Shown in pieces: positions 59,462-64,000 of a stretch of 64,000 nt of DNA. Below the pieces are notes generated by a model that was not told where the DNA came from, searched no databases, and saw only the letters and a program-made list of their open reading frames with translations. Source of the DNA: Planctomycetota bacterium (GTDB lineage Bacteria; Planctomycetota; UBA11346); assembly GCA_038231435.1 (NCBI GenBank), contig JBBRLJ010000002.1:32001-96000 (forward strand), read 5' to 3'. How positions within the stretch are numbered: position 1 is the stretch's first letter; every line of letters begins with the position of its first letter. Position numbers and translations under genes: made by a program.

Positions 59462-60154
59462 ATGACCAGCCCTGGCCTGGCATTATCGCCCGGGGCGGGC
59501 TCCTCACCCCCGGGGGGAGGCGGCCCCCTGCCCGATGGAAGAAGCAGTGGAAGCGGCGGGAACCCCGGGCGCTCTGGCCCGTCTAATCCCCAGAACCCAC
59601 CGAATGACGACCGCGTGCTGGCCTTCCGCGCGCGCGATGGGGACCACGCCGCCTTCGCCACTCTGGTGGACCTCTACTCCGACCGACTGCACGCCATGCT
59701 CCTGCACCTCGTCAACGGCGACCGCGAACTCGCGGCGGAATTCACCCAGGAGGCGTTCGTGCGCGCCTTCGACCGCCTGTCGCAGTTCGAAGGCGGAAGC
59801 AGCTTCTACACCTGGCTGTACCGCCTGGCCCGCAACCGCGCACTGGATCTGCTCGCACGCAAGCGTCCGACAGCCGTGTCCGCCGAGCACCTCGAGCACG
59901 TCTCTTCGGCGCCCTCGCCCGTCGATGCGGTGGCGGGAGAGGAGCTGCGCGCACAGGTCCAGGCGGCGCTCGCGCGCCTGCCCATCGGAACCCGAGAGCT
60001 GCTGGTGATGCGTGAATTCGACGGCATGGATTACGAGTCCATGGCGGCGGCGCTCGACGTGCCGCTGGGCACGGTGAAGAGCCGACTGAACCGCGCGCGC
60101 GCCGACCTGCGCGCGCTGCTCGAAGGCCACGTGCGTGCGGAGGACCTGTCATGA
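59462..60154 (+). CDS. ECF RNA polymerase sigma factor
   Basis: TQEAF.RA, FYTWLYR, GTVKSRL.RAR. Confidence 0.92.
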   Translation: MTSPGLALSPGAGSSPPGGGGPLPDGRSSGSGGNPGRSGPSNPQNPPNDDRVLAFRARDGDHAAFATLVDLYSDRLHAMLLHLVNGDRELAAEFTQEAFVRAFDRLSQFEGGSSFYTWLYRLARNRALDLLARKRPTAVSAEHLEHVSSAPSPVDAVAGEELRAQVQAALARLPIGTRELLVMREFDGMDYESMAAALDVPLGTVKSRLNRARADLRALLEGHVRAEDLS

Positions 60155-61866
60155 GCGCCTCCCACGGACCGACGCCGAACACGATCCCCGAGCTCGTCGA
60201 CGCGCGCCTCGACGGCGAGATCGCCGATGCCGACTGGCAGCGGCTGATCGCCGAGCGCGGGCCCGCGCTCGCGTCCGCGCTCGCGCGCGAACACTCTGTG
60301 CGTGCCAGCGTGCGCGCATTGCCGCGCACGCGCGCACCCGACGCAGTGCGTGCGGCCATCATGGCGCACGCCGCGCAGGCGCTCCCGTCCACTGTCTCCT
60401 CCACAACCCCCTCGACCGCAGCCCCCGACATTGACGGTGCCACGCAGCCCACGCATGAAGCCAAGCCGACTGCGCGCGTCATCCGTGGTGGCTGGTGGTG
60501 GACCATGTCGGCGCTCGCGGCCGCCTGCCTGGTGGTGACGATCAGCATGCACCACGAGCCCGCGGGCCGCGATCCGGGACTGGTCGCTTTCGGCAAGGAG
60601 CCCTCGCTCACGCAGCCGGCGACCGCCGAGTCCGACGGAAAGCCGAGGCGCAACCGCGAACTCGCGGAGCGTAAACTTTCGTCGGCAGCCGCTGATTCTC
60701 CTGCCTCCCCTGATGAAGAGAACCCGGTCGCGATCCTCGAGCAAGGCGCGCGCCGCGATCCTGGGCAGCCCGCCAGCAGCTTCGGCGACCGCGCGAAGCG
60801 CGCCGATGGTGCCGTCGAAAACCTCAAGGACACCGCCGGTGCGAAAGCCGACGCGGTCGCGGGAGCCTCGAACAAGCACGATGAACTGCAGCTGTCCACC
60901 AAGCGGCCGTGGGAGGATGCGGATGCCAAGGAAGAGCTCGCCCTCGCCGAGCACGGCGCTGCCGCCGCGAGCGAGGAGAAGCTCGCGTCCGATCGCCTCG
61001 ACGGAGCATCGGCCGACAAAACCCAGCGCGCAGCCGACGCGTTCTCGGCCGGAGTGGACATTGCGGACACGGCCGTCGATGACGCCAAGAAATCCAAGGA
61101 TTCCAAGGATTCGGTCGTAGCGTACCAGCGCGCGCCAACGGAGAGCGCGGCTGACGATGCGGCCCACGACAAGAAGGTAGTTCGCAGCGGCGGTGCCAGG
61201 CAGACGACTGCGGCACCAGCCGCGACTACCGGCAAGGCGGCCCAAGCATCTGCGCCTGGCGCGGCGCCCGCGGCCGCGGCCGACGAGGCGGAGGTCGCCG
61301 CCAACGAGCTGCGCGCGAAGGTGGATGCCGTCAAGGTCGGCGCCGATGGTGAAGCCAGCGCGAACGGCGCGGTTTCGACCGATGATCAGCGTAAGCTCGG
61401 GAAGGTCGCCACGGCGCCAGCGGCACCGCCCGCGGGAGTCGCGACATCCGCGCCAGCCAAACCCGCTTCGCCACCACCGACGGCCGTATCCGCGGTGACG
61501 ACCGCCCGCGATATCGGGATCATCCTGTCCCTCGGCGAGGGCAAGGCGACCATGACCGTGGAGAACCGTGGTGGCCAGGCTCTGGTGGTGCGCCGCTCGA
61601 CCCTGGTGCTCGTGGGCCTCGACCGATCGCAGCGCAGCTGCTGGATCCACGCCACCGGCCTGCCGGCCGCCGACGAGACCGTTGCAGCGCATCAGAAGCG
61701 CTCATGGGCGTTCACGCTCCAAGGCGCGGACTCACCCACGCCGGACTCCGTCCAGCTGCGCGCGCGCTTGCAGGCGCAGGAGTCGCCAGCGCTGGATTGG
61801 CCGCCAGCGACGGCCCCCGCCGCCGCGAGCGCGGCTGATGCGCCCGCGGCCAAACCAGCCCCCTGA
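60151..61866 (+). CDS. Putative anti-sigma factor (N-terminal helical domain, TM, long Ala/Asp-rich extracytoplasmic part)
   Basis: ATGA-coupled to the sigma gene; LVDARLDGEI; one TM. Confidence 0.7.
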   Translation: MSASHGPTPNTIPELVDARLDGEIADADWQRLIAERGPALASALAREHSVRASVRALPRTRAPDAVRAAIMAHAAQALPSTVSSTTPSTAAPDIDGATQPTHEAKPTARVIRGGWWWTMSALAAACLVVTISMHHEPAGRDPGLVAFGKEPSLTQPATAESDGKPRRNRELAERKLSSAAADSPASPDEENPVAILEQGARRDPGQPASSFGDRAKRADGAVENLKDTAGAKADAVAGASNKHDELQLSTKRPWEDADAKEELALAEHGAAAASEEKLASDRLDGASADKTQRAADAFSAGVDIADTAVDDAKKSKDSKDSVVAYQRAPTESAADDAAHDKKVVRSGGARQTTAAPAATTGKAAQASAPGAAPAAAADEAEVAANELRAKVDAVKVGADGEASANGAVSTDDQRKLGKVATAPAAPPAGVATSAPAKPASPPPTAVSAVTTARDIGIILSLGEGKATMTVENRGGQALVVRRSTLVLVGLDRSQRSCWIHATGLPAADETVAAHQKRSWAFTLQGADSPTPDSVQLRARLQAQESPALDWPPATAPAAASAADAPAAKPAP

Positions 61867-61914
61867 TCGGCCGCTCGGGCTTGCGGTACCCCTCGCGCCG
61901 GCCAACCTGCCCGC

Positions 61915-63315
61915 ATGGGCCGAATCGTGGTGGTCGACGACGAGGCTGGCCTGCGCAGCATGCTCGAGGTCGTGCTGCGGCGCGATGGCCATGATGTGCG
62001 CTGCGCGGCTGATGGCCGTGAGGCGCTCGCCCTGCTCGCCGACGGAGCCCCCACCGAAGTAGTGATGAGCGACCTGCGCATGCAGCCGATGGACGGCCTC
62101 GGCTTGCTCGCCGAGATCCGCGCCAAGCACGCCGAGACCTTCGTGATCATCATGACCGCGTTCGCCGAATGGGACACCGCGGTCAAGGCGATGCGCCTGG
62201 GGGCGTACAACTTCCTGCGCAAGCCCTTCGATACAGCCGCGGCGCGCACCTTGGTGCACCGGGCGCTGGCGGCGCGCGACCACCATGTGGCCGCCAAGGC
62301 AGCCGGAGAATCCGCAGCCGCGGTGCACCTGGTGGGTTCGAGCCAGTCCATCCATGACGTGCAGGCGCTCATCGACCAGGTCTCAACCACCGACAGCACG
62401 GTCCTGGTCAGCGGCGAGAGCGGCACCGGCAAGGAACTGGTCGCGCGCGCTGTCCACTACGCCAGCTTGCGCGCCGACGGGCCGATGGTGCGTATCAATT
62501 CCGGCGCGCTCACTCCGAGCCTGCTCGAGAGCGAGCTGTTCGGCCACGTGAAGGGCTCGTTCACCGGAGCGATCGAAAACCGGCCTGGACTGTTCGCCCT
62601 GGCCGATGGCGGAACGCTCTTCCTCGACGAGGTCGGGGAACTCGCGGTCGAGACCCAGGTGAAGCTGCTGCGCGTGCTCGAGACCGGAGAGTTCATCCCG
62701 GTCGGCGGGCGCGACGTGTGCTCGAGCAACGTGCGCTTGGTGGCGGCGACCAACCGCGACCTCAAGGGCATGGTCAAGGCCGGCACCTTCCGCGAGGACC
62801 TGTACTACCGCCTGGCGGTCATCCCGATCCACCTGCCCGCGCTGCGCGAGCGCCCGGAGGACATACCGCTCCTGGCCGGCCACCTCCTGTCGCGCCATGC
62901 GGTGAAGCTGCGCCGCGGCGTGACCGGATTCATGCCCGACGCGCTCGCCGCCATGCAGGCGTATCCCTGGCCGGGGAACGTGCGCGAGCTGGACAACCGC
63001 ATCCAGCGCGGAGTGGCGCTCACCAGCAGCGGCGCGATCGCCGCCAGCGCGCTCTTCGGCGATCTCGGTGACAACACGTCCGCCGGCGGACCAGCGACAC
63101 GCGAGACCACCTCGCGGCATCGCCGCGCCTCGCTCGCGGCGACCATCGCCAAGGGCACGCCGATCGATCTCGACAAGGAACTGGTGGGCTTCGAACGTGA
63201 GATCGTCGAGGCGGCGCTCAAGGCGACCAACGATAATCTGACCGAGGCCGCGGTGCTGCTCGGCATCAGCTTTCGGCAGATCCGCTACAAGGTCCGGCAG
63301 CTCGGCCTGCGCTGA
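61915..63315 (+). CDS. Sigma-54-dependent response regulator (NtrC/PilR-like)
   Basis: REC, GESGTGKE, GSFTGA, FLDE, WPGNVREL, Fis HTH. Confidence 0.95.
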   Translation: MGRIVVVDDEAGLRSMLEVVLRRDGHDVRCAADGREALALLADGAPTEVVMSDLRMQPMDGLGLLAEIRAKHAETFVIIMTAFAEWDTAVKAMRLGAYNFLRKPFDTAAARTLVHRALAARDHHVAAKAAGESAAAVHLVGSSQSIHDVQALIDQVSTTDSTVLVSGESGTGKELVARAVHYASLRADGPMVRINSGALTPSLLESELFGHVKGSFTGAIENRPGLFALADGGTLFLDEVGELAVETQVKLLRVLETGEFIPVGGRDVCSSNVRLVAATNRDLKGMVKAGTFREDLYYRLAVIPIHLPALRERPEDIPLLAGHLLSRHAVKLRRGVTGFMPDALAAMQAYPWPGNVRELDNRIQRGVALTSSGAIAASALFGDLGDNTSAGGPATRETTSRHRRASLAATIAKGTPIDLDKELVGFEREIVEAALKATNDNLTEAAVLLGISFRQIRYKVRQLGLR

Positions 63316-63345
63316 CTTTTTGTTGGGGGGCTACGGCCCCCCAAC
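63316..63345. terminator. Hairpin between convergent genes
   Basis: GTTGGGGGGC-TACG-GCCCCCCAAC with a flanking T-run. Confidence 0.6.
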
Positions 63346-64000
63346 TAAGAGCTCCTGATGTCGCGGGGGGATTTGCCGAGTTCGCGGCGCATGGTCTTGT
63401 TGAAGAAGTGCAGATCGGGGATGCCGACCTCGGCGGCGATGTCCTTGATCGGGATGGTGGAATGGCGCAGCAGGTATTCGGCGCGGCGCACGCGGCATTC
63501 GCGCACGAACGCGACGATGGTGGTGCCCTGCTCGCGGCGGAAGAGTCTGAGCAGGTGGTTCGCCGAGCAGCCGGCGGCGTCGGCGATGGCGGCGATCCCG
63601 AGCTCGCGGTTCAGCTGGGCGTGGATGTGCGCGCGCGCGCGCTCGAGCGCGGGATGCCCGGCGCGCTCCGGGCCCGGCTTCTCGGGCTCGACCAGCTGCC
63701 ACAGCACATCCCACAGACGGGCTTCGGCGCGGTGCGGTGAACGCGGGAACCAGCCCGCGGCCTCCTGCAGCGCGCCATCGACGGCGGCGAATCTGCCGGC
63801 GAGATCCTGCAGGCCGGGCAGGATCACCTCGTCGCCCTTGGATGCGACCTCGAAGTGCGCGCACATGTGCACCGAGCGACCGCGGAAACGCGCTTGAAGC
63901 TCGACCTCGGGCCGCCACAGCGCCGCGTGCCCCGGGACGATGTCGTACTGACGACCGTCGGCGACGATCACCAGGGGCGTGGAGTACAGGTGCAGCCGCC
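63345..64000 (-). CDS. AraC family regulator, 5'-truncated by the window edge
   Basis: SANHLLRLFR, IKDIA.EVG...FFNK. Confidence 0.88.
   Translation of the reverse strand, partial: RLHLYSTPLVIVADGRQYDIVPGHAALWRPEVELQARFRGRSVHMCAHFEVASKGDEVILPGLQDLAGRFAAVDGALQEAAGWFPRSPHRAEARLWDVLWQLVEPEKPGPERAGHPALERARAHIHAQLNRELGIAAIADAAGCSANHLLRLFRREQGTTIVAFVRECRVRRAEYLLRHSTIPIKDIAAEVGIPDLHFFNKTMRRELGKSPRDIRSS

Overview
High-GC bacterial chromosomal window, probably Planctomycetota. That assignment is inferred from a DUF1559/H-X9-DG prepilin-like gene, an ECF57-like sigma factor and many PhyH/AraC/Gfo genes. Housekeeping genes are cysK (partial), hisH, nusA-infB-rbfA, gpsA, a TrmH/TrmJ methyltransferase, a dCMP deaminase and an isoaspartyl peptidase. 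They are mixed with catabolic modules (PhyH dioxygenases, Gfo/Idh/MocA, MDR dehydrogenase, GH130, two GH5-like/DUF5060 proteins), regulators and many orphan secreted proteins. I saw no rRNA, tRNA, CRISPR array, transposase or integrase. Two things stand out. (1) At 10.3-12.9 kb, a ~75-aa Trp-rich domain I do not recognise (W-x-[PA]-T-H...G-x-P-x-x-W-x-V-M...W-x-C-x3-G-x-W-T-x-x-G-x-x-T-P) occurs four times in three genes that flank an FHA-DUF4388 gene, next to orphan receiver proteins. (2) A family of highly structured ~110-160 bp intergenic repeats has two subtypes, about nine full or partial copies at four loci, and compensatory base changes between copies. All calls come from reading the sequence by eye; no database searches were run, and many start codons are my best estimates.
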